Shown: piece by piece, positions 25,370 to 37,105 of the stretch
Position numbering within the stretch: the stretch's first letter is position 1
Layout of the letters: every line of letters begins with the position of its first letter
DNA from: Leptogorgia sarmentosa
Taxonomy: Eukaryota
Assembly (NCBI GenBank): GCA_964658305.1
Contig: OZ210885.1
Location: forward strand, 4,092,001-4,156,000
DNA length: 64,000 bases
Direction of reading: 5' to 3'
Notes under the pieces: generated by a model
Told to the model about the DNA's origin: nothing
The model's database searches: none
Seen by the model: only the letters and a program-made list of their open reading frames with translations
Translations under genes and position numbers: made by a program

Positions 25370-28300
25370 ATGGCAACCTCCTACCTGTTGAACCATAAAA
25401 ATCTTTTAAAAGGTGTCAAGCCCTACAAGAAGCGAATGCGAGAGGGAAATGGTGTCATTCAGCAGAGCGACTATCTCAAAAAATTTTTGGAAAAAATTCG
25501 GATTGAAGGATTAGCGGCGGCCCATAAAAAGTATGGTGACAAACCACCTGACCCTAATGTTCATCACAGTGGTGCCCCGTCTGAAGCAGAAACGTTCATA
25601 CCTGAGTATGACTATGACGTCATTATTGTTGGAGCAGGTATGGCTGGTATCTCTGCAGCATACGAGTTAAAGAGAGCAGGATTTTCTGTGAAAATCCTAG
25701 AGCAGACAGACCGTTATGGTGGAAGGGTGTACACTTACAGTGGCGAGAAAGACCATCTTGCACCTGGTCTATATGGCGAAGGTACATGTTGCTACATGGT
25801 ATAAAAACGTTATTTGAATGAATATCCTGTGGCTAATATCATGCGTACTCGTGAGGAACTTTATTTTATATGTAATACCTTTCTAGATTTTAAGTTTTTT
25901 AGACAAACTGCATATTTCCCGCGATTTTATGTGTCATTTTGCGGAAATATTTTCCACAGATTCGAATATTTTCCACAGTTTCGAGATTTCATTTCAAATA
26001 ATTCATTTTGCTAACCCATTTTTTTACTTTTCAGCTGGTGCCATGAGATTACCAGGTGGTGTTGATGATCCAAATAAACCACATTTTCTAGCCAACGGTT
26101 ATATCACACAATTTGGGTTAACAATTAAACCATTTCCAAATTCTGATCCAAACACACTAACTCATATTTATGGTTATCCGACAACTGTAACCAGCGGTAT
26201 GTATCCTCCTTTACTATTTGAAACATAGCCCAAAAATGTAAATAAAAAACGTCAAAACCTGAATAACTAGCTTGAGTATAAACCAATTAGTAGACTTAGT
26301 AGACTATCGCAAATCCAGCGTTATGATTGCCTGAGCTACAAGTAGTGTATTTGTGATAGCCTTAACGCCGACTTACAACTTTTGCTCACAACTGTCGCAT
26401 GCAAGGCGCTTACAACTCGAATTGTACAATGTAAACAGTTCGATACAACACGAAAATTGCATCCGACAGGTGTAAGCAAAAGTTGTACGGTGTAAAAGTA
26501 AGTTTGATGCATGGACGTTGTTTCAAGAACAATTTCAACACGCCAATACAATGTATGATATCTTGTTCAGATTGGGAAAAGCTGTATTTCGATGAAGTTT
26601 GGCCTAATTGGAAGAAAAACATTAGTGCGGAGGTGAACATTCCAGATATAGGTACGTATAGAGTACGAGTTCATCTAATGAATTATTATGATCCACGTAT
26701 GTTGACTACTGGACCTGCCATTTTGAATAATTTTAGACTGTGCTTTTATCAAATCCCTGATTGGCCTCCGACTTAATTAAAATGTTTTTAAGCCAGAAGT
26801 AGTAAATTGAAATGAAACTTGTTTGGCGTCTGGGAAAATCAATCCCTTTTTTAGTACTAAGAATTCTGAAAAAGGAAGTTCTGAGAAATTCTCCTTAAAA
26901 CTTTATTTTTGATCAAAATTCGTGTTGGTGGCTATTTATAACCATTTATGCATGTGTTAAGTATGCATTATCCTTTTTAAGGTGGTATTATACAAAATAA
27001 TAGAGAATTTGATAAACCAGTAAATGCAAAAATGCGTTTACAATCAAGGTATCAAACTTTCTATCATCTTGTTAGGGTAAACATACAACCTTATCCTGAA
27101 GAAATTCATTGTATTGTTTTGCATGACTTTTTCTGAAATTTCTTCCTTTATGATCATATTGCATCAAGTATAAAACGATTTAAAATAAATATCAATCAAA
27201 TATAAAAAATATAAACAACAACAGGATAATATTACGGGAAGCACGCATGCTTTTATGGAAGTCAAAATATTAAAACATTTTGTGGCACAACTATATTGTA
27301 TTTTGATAATATTTAGAGATGTGTGTATTTATGATTTCTAAATTCTTTCCAGATTATCCAAAAAAACATAATCAAGAGTGAGATTTGATCATTATACTTA
27401 AGCGAAAAATTTATTGCGCCAAAAATTAATTTCAGATAAGAATTTATAGATGTAGAAAAAAGAATTATTTAACAAAATTTTGTAAAAAGAGATTCGCCCA
27501 ACCTATATATAATTCTACACGTCTTCAAATTCGACTTCGACATACCATGAGTGACAAAAATTCAGTTTCCGGGGTAATAGGGGGAAAGCTTCAAGAATTC
27601 GCCTCCCCTCCCCTCCCCCGCCGAATCGTAACAGTTGAAATATTGAAAATTGATCTTGTAAATAAGGTGACCATAAAGGGTATATACCTAACATCTATAT
27701 TTGATAATCAATCTAACCAAAACGATCAAGTAATGTTGTCGCAAGTTCGTGAAGCCCCTCCCCCCCGTCCCCTACCTCTGGAACTGAATTTCCGCCACCC
27801 TTTGCATATCATTCTTGTTTACCTATAATTTAATTGTAACGACCTACAACAACCACCATTTCATGCGATCACGCAACATCATTACATCAAGCAAGATGAA
27901 TTGAGTAGCTAGTCCAGATTAGTTCCACTGAACGGTAAACGATTATTAAGTGAGAAATTAGCTCATTTTAAGAGTAAAAGTAAAAACGCTTACCTTCAAT
28001 AGCCTCTCACTGTAAATAGTTTCTGATAATCATTTGGAAATTCTGAGACTATGAATGATTTTTATTGTACCTTGTTTAGGTACCTATTACAGCAAAACAA
28101 CCGAAGTTGTCATCAACCAATTGAAAAAGAAGTTACAAAAAATACCTGAACATGAAGGAAAAATTGCTGAAGAAATCCAAGTTTGGAATGACTGGATCAA
28201 CACCTGGAGTCAGTTCACAGTAGAAAGATTTCTCCTGAGCACTTATGATGTAATTATGGCAATGGTCCCTGACTGGGAAGATCCTTCAGATCCGGATATC

Positions 28301-30206
28301 CTTAAGAAACTTTTGCCTTGGCACAACGATGCCTTGCGAGGTTATTCTGTGTTTAACTACACTGGGATACTTGACGACTCTCTGGTGCAGCATCTTCGTG
28401 ATGACATGGGAAAATGGTGGTCAGAAAACATGCATACTCTAGAGGGCGGAATGCACAGTTTGGCCGATGCTTTTTTCGGTACAGAGAAGCTGAATGAAAA
28501 TGTCCTTCAAACCAACGCGCAAGTGTTCAAGATTAAGTACTCTTCACTACATTCGTCACCCAATGAAGACATGGTTGAGGTTTCGTGCTATGCAAATGAT
28601 TATTACCCTGAGGAACATAAATACACAGCAAAGGTACGTTTATTAAACTGTTATTGGGTTTAGTGACAGGAACTTGTAACTACCTTGTGACTAGGTTATT
28701 ACATCGTTATTACAACAGTTGATTGCCCTAAGTCTGTTATTGGAGCATTTGATTTTTTGCTTGTTTATTCTTGTCACATCAGCTAAAATTCGATTTCAAG
28801 GGAAACGCGGGAGAATTAATGGCACTTCATTGCGCAACGTTGTTAGGTCTCTAACAAAAAATCTAACTCAAACAAAAGTGTACGATTGTACACAAAGGAC
28901 GAAAACGCACCTTTCGTAAACGACATAGCAGTTGTTCTAAATATTACGAGACAACAGGACAGTATGAAAATACTAATAACTTACGCTTGAAGTCGTGCCC
29001 TTTGTAAGTTTAATTTGTAAGCCTTAAATTTATGTCAGGTACAGCCAACCACATACGTGTTACTAAATACGAGATAGTATATCAAATAAAAAACATTGAA
29101 ATTTATTATTATGCTGACATTTATTGCTTAAAACTGAAAGATGCAAAGTAAGTTAGTGGGAAACTGTTGGACACCCAAACATTTGAAAGTGTTTTGAGCC
29201 ACTTTAGGTTTGATAAACTATATTACTCTGTGCTCTTATTTATTACAGGCTGTAATTGTCACCACATCAGTGAATATACTACGGCAAATCAAGTTTGAAC
29301 CACTTGTTTCTGACAAGAATCAGAAACAAGAACAACGAAAAGCATTCCAAGCCATCGAAGACATCTTCACTGCAACGTCGACCAAGATAATCTTGCAAAC
29401 CAAAACAAGATTTTGGGAAAACAAAGGAATCCAAGGTGGTTTCTCTAAGACAAACCTCCCCATTGGTCAAATACATTACGTCAAACCTGATCCCGGATAT
29501 GACTCCACCAATCAAGGAATAATATTGATTTACACGTGGAAGAATGAAGCATTGATTTTTGGCTCCTTAACACAAGATCAGGTCAAGCAGGAGGCAATTG
29601 ACCAACTCGCAGAAATCCACCCGGAAATCAAGGAAGATGGTATGGTTGAAACTTGTATTGTTCATGCTTGGCACAACCAGCCCTCTTATCAAGGTGCCTT
29701 TGGTCTTTTGAAGACACATCAGTTTCAGAATATCAGGTAGGAGTTTACAAAAATGTCATCGAAACAAACATAATACAATTTAATGAATTTATATGTGCCA
29801 TGTGAAGCCCTTCAAGTGAAACGTTTAATGCCCTGGCTAACAATACTTTGCCCGTGGCTAACGCGTGCTTTGTGCGGCTATTGGAAGACGAGCGAAGCCA
29901 GTTAGTCAATTTCAGTGGGGGACAAGGTGGACATTTCAGTCTGTTGCGAATCACGGACATTTAATGCCGTGAGATTTTAATAAGATTCTTATAATATTTT
30001 TTGTGTTTAGATTCCTATGGGAACCAATGGGTAACGTATATTTTTCTGGTGATACCATCTCACTTGCTCCTGGTTGGATAGAAGGTGCATTAGAAAGTGG
30101 CCTCAAAGCCGCCTATCAAGTTTACGAGCGCCACCCAAAAATATCCGTGAATAAGTTATCAAAGTTAGGGAAACTGGTTGCGAAATGTTGTAATACTGAA
30201 ATATAA
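25370..30206 (+). CDS. L-amino-acid-oxidase-family flavin amine oxidoreductase, copy A, 630 aa
   Basis: Exons 25370-25781, 26035-26196, 26571-26651, 28080-28633, 29249-29736, 30011-30206 (1893 nt, GT-AG, in frame); motifs [34 protein letters not shown]; no signal peptide. Confidence 0.92.
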
Positions 30207-30809
30207 CTAGCTATGTGATGTTGGCAAATTTGAATCATATGTACCACGGTGCGGAAATCAGTACCAAATTTAGTCGCCAATTAATCGAAATTAACGCACA
30301 TAATGTCTTTAGAATACAAAAATTTGCAAACTTTGCAGGGACATATTTTTCGTATTTTACAACACTTCGTAAACGCACTTAATTATTACTGAACGACACG
30401 AATATTACCAATTCTAGTATGTTGCTTCTAGCTTGCTTTTACCTACATCAATTATATAACAATTAGATTACGAGCGCAAGATTTCACAATACAGTCTACT
30501 GTCATTGCCTTGGCGTGTTCACGCCTCGTGTTAAGTTCACGCCTCAATTATCAATGGAAAGATAATTGAAAACAGTGAGAATTAAAGACAGACAAATACT
30601 TCTCATTTTGAAATAATAACGATCAGGCACTTTGAATGTTAAAACTTTCGTATAGGATTATTGCTAAATTAGTTCATTTCTGTTTTGTTAACTTTTGTTA
30701 TCTTAAATAAACATTTGGAAAATGTTGGTATTAAATTTATGCATGAACTTCAGAGAAGAATTACATGTCTGTTTCTCCAATCGCATTGCTTCCGCTACAT
30801 CGCCCATGA

Positions 30810-31250
30810 TATAATTTTATAAAATAACATGTATATAACGCGTCCTCTGATTGGTCGAAATCCGTGTTTGGATCACGACCAAACACGGAATTTTAAAGTT
30901 CCGTCTTGACACTCAAACACGTCTGTTGTTATTTAATGAAACAATTACTTTATGTTTTCTGTGTTTGGGTGGTCTTATCCAGGCACTTGGGAATGTTGCT
31001 CGAGTGAAGAAAAGCGGGCAAAACACTCGCTTTTGCTTCGTGATTTCCCGCGCTTTTCTCAACTCTCGCAACATTCCCGCGTGACACGGACAGTTAAGCC
31101 CCGCACAGACGAGCAATTTTTCCTTGACAAATTTCTTGACAAGTTTATTTTCTCGTGTGTACGGCAAACAATTTTTCCTGGTTCAAAATCATGCCAGCTT
31201 TTGAACCAGCTCCTTGTCAAGGAAAACTTGTCAATTTTTTGTCGTACACA
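30810..31250. repeat. Composite repeat plus MITE fragment, direct copy of 51589-52043
   Basis: Near-identical ~350 bp shared with 51589-51980, with the same repeat-to-MITE order. Confidence 0.8.
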
Positions 31251-32844
31251 CGGCTTCAGCGTCCACGTGACTCCACGCGGCTGATCTATAGATAAATTGT
31301 CTCCAAAATATAAATTTATTTACAGAAAAGATTTTTGTATGTTAGTCAAAATTTCCGAGCGCCGTAGGCGCGAGAAACCTAGGGGGGTCTGGGCCGCAAG
31401 GAGATGCAGATCGGCCCCTAGACCATATGTGATAAGCACCTTGTCTTTTAGCGAAAGGTAGCATTTGAACCAATAAGCTATATTACGGCTTCGTATTTAT
31501 ATACGTTACACTCTTGAGGAGTGGTTGTTGTGGGACTTGTTTTGTGAATTTCATTGCGCATGCGCTTACGTCAAAATTTGTTTTCTTCGTTTTTTCAACA
31601 TCCCAGACATTGTGAAAGTGTTAAAAGCACGAATTGTCAAGCAAGAAACGAAAAAAAATTGTTTGAGTGAAAAAACCCGAAAATAATTTCGTCAAGCGCA
31701 TTGCGCTTGCGCGTACGTCAAAATTTGTTTTGAATAATTTCGTTGAAAATAATTTCGTCAAGCGCATTTTGAGTGAAGAAACCGAAAATAATTTCGTCAA
31801 GCGCATTGCGCATGCGCATACGTCAAAATTTGTTTTCTTCGTGTTTTTCAACCTCGGTAAATTTCATTGGCTTTTGTTGTTCGCATTGCACGAGAATTTT
31901 CTCTTTTGCGCTTAGCGGTCTTTTGCGACCTCGTTCGAATCTTGCTGGAGTCAATGCTTCCTATATAATCACGAAGCAAAGTACAGTGCAAGCTGCTACT
32001 ATGATGTCTTTTTATTGGACAAACAAACGATTTCATGAAAGGGAGAGCGACGTTTGAGAACCAAGTAATAACGAAAAGGAAGGACTGTTCTGGAAAAGAG
32101 CTGTTTTGTGGAGCCATACTTTGAGAATTGTAGTTTATTTTATACATATATTTATTACCATTTTACTGATGTAACATTTGGACCTTTCCTGTTTCAGACG
32201 GCGTTTTGAATCAAGAAAACACAGTAAACACAGTGATTCACACATTTTACAACGTTTTGTAACCAAACTTCACATTTTACTAGATTTAGGATGCTCATTC
32301 CAGCTGTGCTAACTTATTTTCTTAAATCAGTGCATGCCTGATTTGAATCCACTGCTGAATTCCAAAAAGTTTTGTAAAAAGTAAAGTTTCGGACAGCGGA
32401 GCCGCGACAAAATCGATAGAAGAGACTCGAAAGCGCCGTCTAACATACTAGTATAAAATAAACAATGCATATCATCTAATTATGTTATTATCATCTAAGT
32501 GTTAATAAATTACATTTTCAATTACCTGTCTTTTGTGCTTAGGAGATTATAGAACAAACACTCCTTTGTAGTCATATTGCGTGGGAGATTATAGAAAAAA
32601 ACAGTCCTTTGTACTGATTTTGCGTGGGACAAAATCACACAAAGACTTTATTTGCTTCATAATATTTGACACTTTTGCGTGATTTGACATTGTGTTGGTA
32701 CTAAAGGCAAGCACAATTTTACTCAAGCTAGACTTTTTGATCTGGTATAGGTAAAACATACACAGTATAGCCCACAAACATCTGACTACAAACATTGCGA
32801 TATATAGCTAGTTCGTTCACGGCAACCAGGTATAATATCACTCA

Positions 32845-33086
32845 TGTCTTGCTCGCTACTCTGGTTTGTATAATTGAATACAGAGCTCCCTCGAGGTGTA
32901 TTCACGACCCAACGTTTCGACACTCCAGTCTAGTGTCTTCATCAGTGATCTAGTGGGTGATCTAAAGTTACAACGCTTTAGGTCACCCCTGATGAAGACA
33001 CTAGACTGGAGTGTCGAAACGCTGGGTCGTGAATACACCTCGAGGGAGCTCTGTATTTATACAAACCAGACTAGCGAGCAAGACAT
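32845..33086. mobile_element. Long inverted repeat of Penelope-type terminal sequence carrying minimal hammerhead ribozyme cores
   Basis: Arms ~100 bp; CTGATGA-agacactagactggagtgtc-GAAAC at 32989-33020 (+) and its mirror at 32945-32908 (-). Confidence 0.75.
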
Positions 33087-33514
33087 CTGCGATATATTTT
33101 TGTTACAGTCAGTCGGCCATGATATGATTAATAATGCCATTAAGCCCCACAGTGGGATATAATAAACTAGTAAATTATGGTGGTGTTATCAGTTCGTGTT
33201 ACCCGACAATCCCGCCGTTACAGCACAATGGGAGAAGAGCATTGCAATATCATGGGAATAAAATTCAGGGCTGCTTAGAATTTTTTGGGTCAGGGTGAAA
33301 TTCCCTTTTGGGGTAAGGTTATTTTATACTCTATTAAGGGGCCCCTCAAAAGATACAGAATCTATTGTTATGATTTTTATTCAATGTGATGTGATTGGCT
33401 GAAATTTTCAGCAATATCGCTCAAAAATTAATCTTACTGACTGTGTCACTCGAAGATACAATCCGTGTAATATCCTCTATTTCCTCTTATCTAGGCACGT
33501 CTAAAGATTTCTTC

Positions 33515-34915
33515 ATGATGGAAAAATATGATGTCATTATTGTTGGTGGCGGACCCATGGGCCTTTCCTCAGCTTACCAATGTGGTGTTAAAGAGGGAAA
33601 GAAAGTACTTCTTCTTGAACGCTTTCACGAGTTTGCCAGCAAATATGGTTCAAGTGTTGGGTACAGTCGACAATTTCGCGTTAGTTATTCTGAAGAAAAT
33701 CTGAGTGCTCTGGCACTTAAGACCTACGACATGTGGGAAGATCTCAAAAACGAGTTGGAAGATGACACCCTCCTTCAGCTAACGGGCTGTCTCTGGTTCG
33801 GTGATGCAGACGTTAAATGCGGAGAAGGGAACATTGATGATGCCATTCAAAATTTGAAGAAACTTGGAGAAAAGGACTACAGAGTCCTTGAAGGAAGAGA
33901 GGCGATAATGGATGATAAAGAATTTGCCTTCGTTTCAGCAGCTGTGGCTAACATCGACAATCCAAAAGCCCTGTATACCGGCAAAGGTGGGACTATCAAC
34001 GTTCCTGGTTTGGTTGAAGGCTATGTCAAAGCTTTGGGGATACCAAATACTACGTTGATAACAAATGCATTCGTGACCAAGATCGACCACTCAAACGAAG
34101 AATTTGTAGAAGTGAAAGCGAACGTGGACGGCAACGAGAAAACGTACCGCGGCGAGAAGATTATCCTGACATCGGGAACATATATCAACGACGTTTTGTG
34201 CACTCTTGACCCTCCATTTCCCTATCGTATAAACCTGATCATTTACTTATGGTCTTCTACCTACTTCACAAAAAGAGTTGACCTGCCTCCAAACACAGAC
34301 CCTGCTGAATGGCCAATATGGTTTTTCTTTGGTCCAAAACCGACGGATGGCGGAGACGACGTCCCAAAGGATTACAACGATTATTACGGATTTCCGAGCG
34401 AGCCAAATCGTCCCCAATACCTTAGGGTTGCACCTGCATATACCTCACAAAAAAAATTCGACTTCATGCTCTCCCCACCTGCTGAAGACAAAAGGCCATT
34501 GGATGAACATGCTTTGGACTTTACAAAGAATTTTGTGGAACATTGCATGCCTGATTTGAATCCACTGCTGAAGAAAGAGGAGGAATCTACTTGTGTCGCT
34601 GGTTTTGCGTGCAAAACTGGGGGTGAAGAAGATAAAGGTGCTGGGTTTGTAGTTGATTTTCTACCAGGTTCTAAACGTATCGTCTTATTCACTGGCGGCT
34701 GGGCAATGAAGTTTGTTCCGATGATTGGAAAGATCCTCACCGATCTTGCAATCCGTGGAAAGACCGAGTACCAAGACCTCATCGAACCAATGAATATCAA
34801 CCGAGGAATATTGGTAAACGCAGATGTATGTCCAGTTAACCAAGCGAAAATGTCGAAAATGTCGGTCGCTCGAAAAACATTTCGAAAGATTTGGTGTTGT
34901 TCCCAAAAACACTAG
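33515..34915 (+). CDS. Intronless NikD-like flavoenzyme of the monomeric sarcosine oxidase family, 466 aa
   Basis: VGGGPMG, SRQFR, LWFGD, GGTI, YYGF, STCVA (putative covalent-FAD Cys), GWAMKFVP; splice acceptor ttcctcttatctag at 33494 precedes the ATG. Confidence 0.9.
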   Translation: MMEKYDVIIVGGGPMGLSSAYQCGVKEGKKVLLLERFHEFASKYGSSVGYSRQFRVSYSEENLSALALKTYDMWEDLKNELEDDTLLQLTGCLWFGDADVKCGEGNIDDAIQNLKKLGEKDYRVLEGREAIMDDKEFAFVSAAVANIDNPKALYTGKGGTINVPGLVEGYVKALGIPNTTLITNAFVTKIDHSNEEFVEVKANVDGNEKTYRGEKIILTSGTYINDVLCTLDPPFPYRINLIIYLWSSTYFTKRVDLPPNTDPAEWPIWFFFGPKPTDGGDDVPKDYNDYYGFPSEPNRPQYLRVAPAYTSQKKFDFMLSPPAEDKRPLDEHALDFTKNFVEHCMPDLNPLLKKEEESTCVAGFACKTGGEEDKGAGFVVDFLPGSKRIVLFTGGWAMKFVPMIGKILTDLAIRGKTEYQDLIEPMNINRGILVNADVCPVNQAKMSKMSVARKTFRKIWCCSQKH

Positions 34916-37105
34916 GGAAGCATGGATAGTTTAAGGGGAGGGGGAGGTCTTTTGGTACCTTTACTACCAGAATTGTATTAACAATAGTTAATCTTGAAAA
35001 CACTTTAATAATAGCTTGTGCAGAAACATTGTTTAGTTACAATGCAGTTTTCACCAACAGAGTGCAAAGTTGAAGTTTTAACTGTCAAGCTATTTGACAA
35101 TTGGTCGACGCGGGGAACTGAAGGGGACTAGTTGTTTTAGTATAAATTTTCAGGCGAATTAATATTTAAGCCATGAATTTTGTTCTTATTTGCACTTTAC
35201 ACTGTTGTTTACATCATGACGTAAACATGAACTTCGCATGTGACAAAGCAAGTTTTCGTAGAATATAAACATATTTGAAATTAAAAACTTATCTTAAAAT
35301 TTCTTAGTGAGATCATTTTGATAATATTTGTCATTTTTTGTCCTTCGCAGCATGCTAGCACACTTAAATTATCAATATATTATTATATAATATTGTTTTC
35401 ACCACTCGAGGATAAAATTCACTTCTTTGCACCACCACAGCAATTTAACAAAATGTACTAACAAAACTTCAACGTACAAGAGCTATTTGACTATTTGAGT
35501 CTATTTATTAGATAGAATGAAAGTGTTCTTTCGTACAGTTGACTTACAAATTTCAGCAATATTTCTGCAGGGGCTGAGCCCCCAATATATAATTTCTGGG
35601 GGGGGGGGGGGATTGTCGTGTGGTATTCCCAAAATGTTTGCTTGTACTTTGTCAACGAAAGCTGTTTTGGAAGTCTCATCACATCGTTTTTGAGCGAAAA
35701 CTAAGTCCTGCCCCACAAGTAGATTTTTGTGTGGACGATGGCCCACCGCCCAGATGCCTCCACTGCCCCTGCTATTCTCAAACCAAAATATAGGGTATAC
35801 CTAAACTAAAATAGAGTGTAAGACGTGCGCCAAGACAAGGTAAAATATTTTCCTGCAGCCAAACACCATATGAAGTTCCAAGATATATAAATTATCACAG
35901 CATTTGAGGCCTATAGACCTGAAGGTAAGAGATAATAACTTTGGAAATGTTTGTGTCCCATATAACATACATACGCCAGTTTGTTTACGAGTTAGTTCGC
36001 GCCATTTGAGAATTCTCGCCACGCCCATTTAAGCCGAAGTAAGTTTGCCCCATTTAGAATACCCGGTCAGCCGGGTGATTCGTTCTCCTCAGTTTGAAAA
36101 GCTGTCCCAATTCTAAAAGCACGAAGAAATAGAACAATTCTTCCTGAATTTTATGATATGGTTTGTTTTTACTTTTTTCATCAAAAAGGTGAATTATAGC
36201 TTCTGCCTTTTGTCAAACTCCCAACGTTTCTGTCCGACATCACACACTTGGACTACCACTGATAATATTATGTGACGTTGCTATAGTCTATGGTTATATA
36301 AATTGATAAATTGAAATACTTCATCCACCAAAACCCAGGACCATTTTTCATTTTTTATTTTTAAACAACAAGAATTCTATCATTACAATTGAGAACACAA
36401 CTAATTTAATAACACGTGCTGCTTGTGCTAGTTACTATATACCATGAAAGAGGTTTTTTACCTCATCTTGTCCATAGAGCTAGCTCGTAGCAGTAAAACA
36501 GGATATTTCTATTTTTAACAATGCTTGAATTAATTATTAAGGATATTTTTTTCAGCCTAAACGCTGTGGTTTCCAGATAATTATAGAAACAATCGAAACA
36601 CAACAATTTTGGAAGCAAGCGTGGGGAATTGGCAAGAGCTACATGCTACTCAATTCAAACCAAACTTTGTTTGTCTGCATGCTATCACACTTCTTGAGCC
36701 ATTGGCGGATTGTGGGTTGTACTTCGTTTATTTATTTCAGGGAGGGTGGGTGGAAAATAAAGTTTGAGCTCGAAAGTAAGTCGAAATTAATGAAAAAACC
36801 ATGAATAATATGCATGTGACTTAATTAATGCATAAACATCTATATACATGCTTTCTAATTGGCTGACACCTAATTGATATATGAAACGCAATTATTCGGC
36901 TAAGGAAGAAAAAGCAGCCGAAAAAATCCATACTTGTCTTTGACTTTGAATGCCTGCACATACACGTTTTTACATTTGACATGCATGTCGTGAAATAACA
37001 GGCGCTGGCGCTATTCCCACTGTTGCTTCGAAAATATTGTCTCATTAACTGAATTTAAATAGTTTAAAGCGGCTTTAGAATCAACTTCAAAAAACGTAAC
37101 AATCA

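Noticed and set aside
25370..30206. Monoamine oxidase or LSD1/KDM1 annotation
   Set aside because: GAMRLP and GWIEGA motifs fit the LAAO branch; no SWIRM or tower domain and no C-terminal transmembrane helix
31550..31860. Local repeats of GAAAATAATTTCGTCAAGCGCATT as a regulatory array
   Set aside because: Irregular short duplications typical of decayed repeat sequence; no evidence of function
33395..33514. N-terminal 40 aa of the 506 aa ORF
   Set aside because: Starts at TTG and spans a polypyrimidine-AG acceptor; the plausible start is the ATG at 33515 or 33518
33515..34915. Calling this PIPOX or sarcosine oxidase, or bacterial contamination
   Set aside because: It lacks GHGFK and a PTS1, and it is embedded among spliced genes and host repeats with its own splice acceptor
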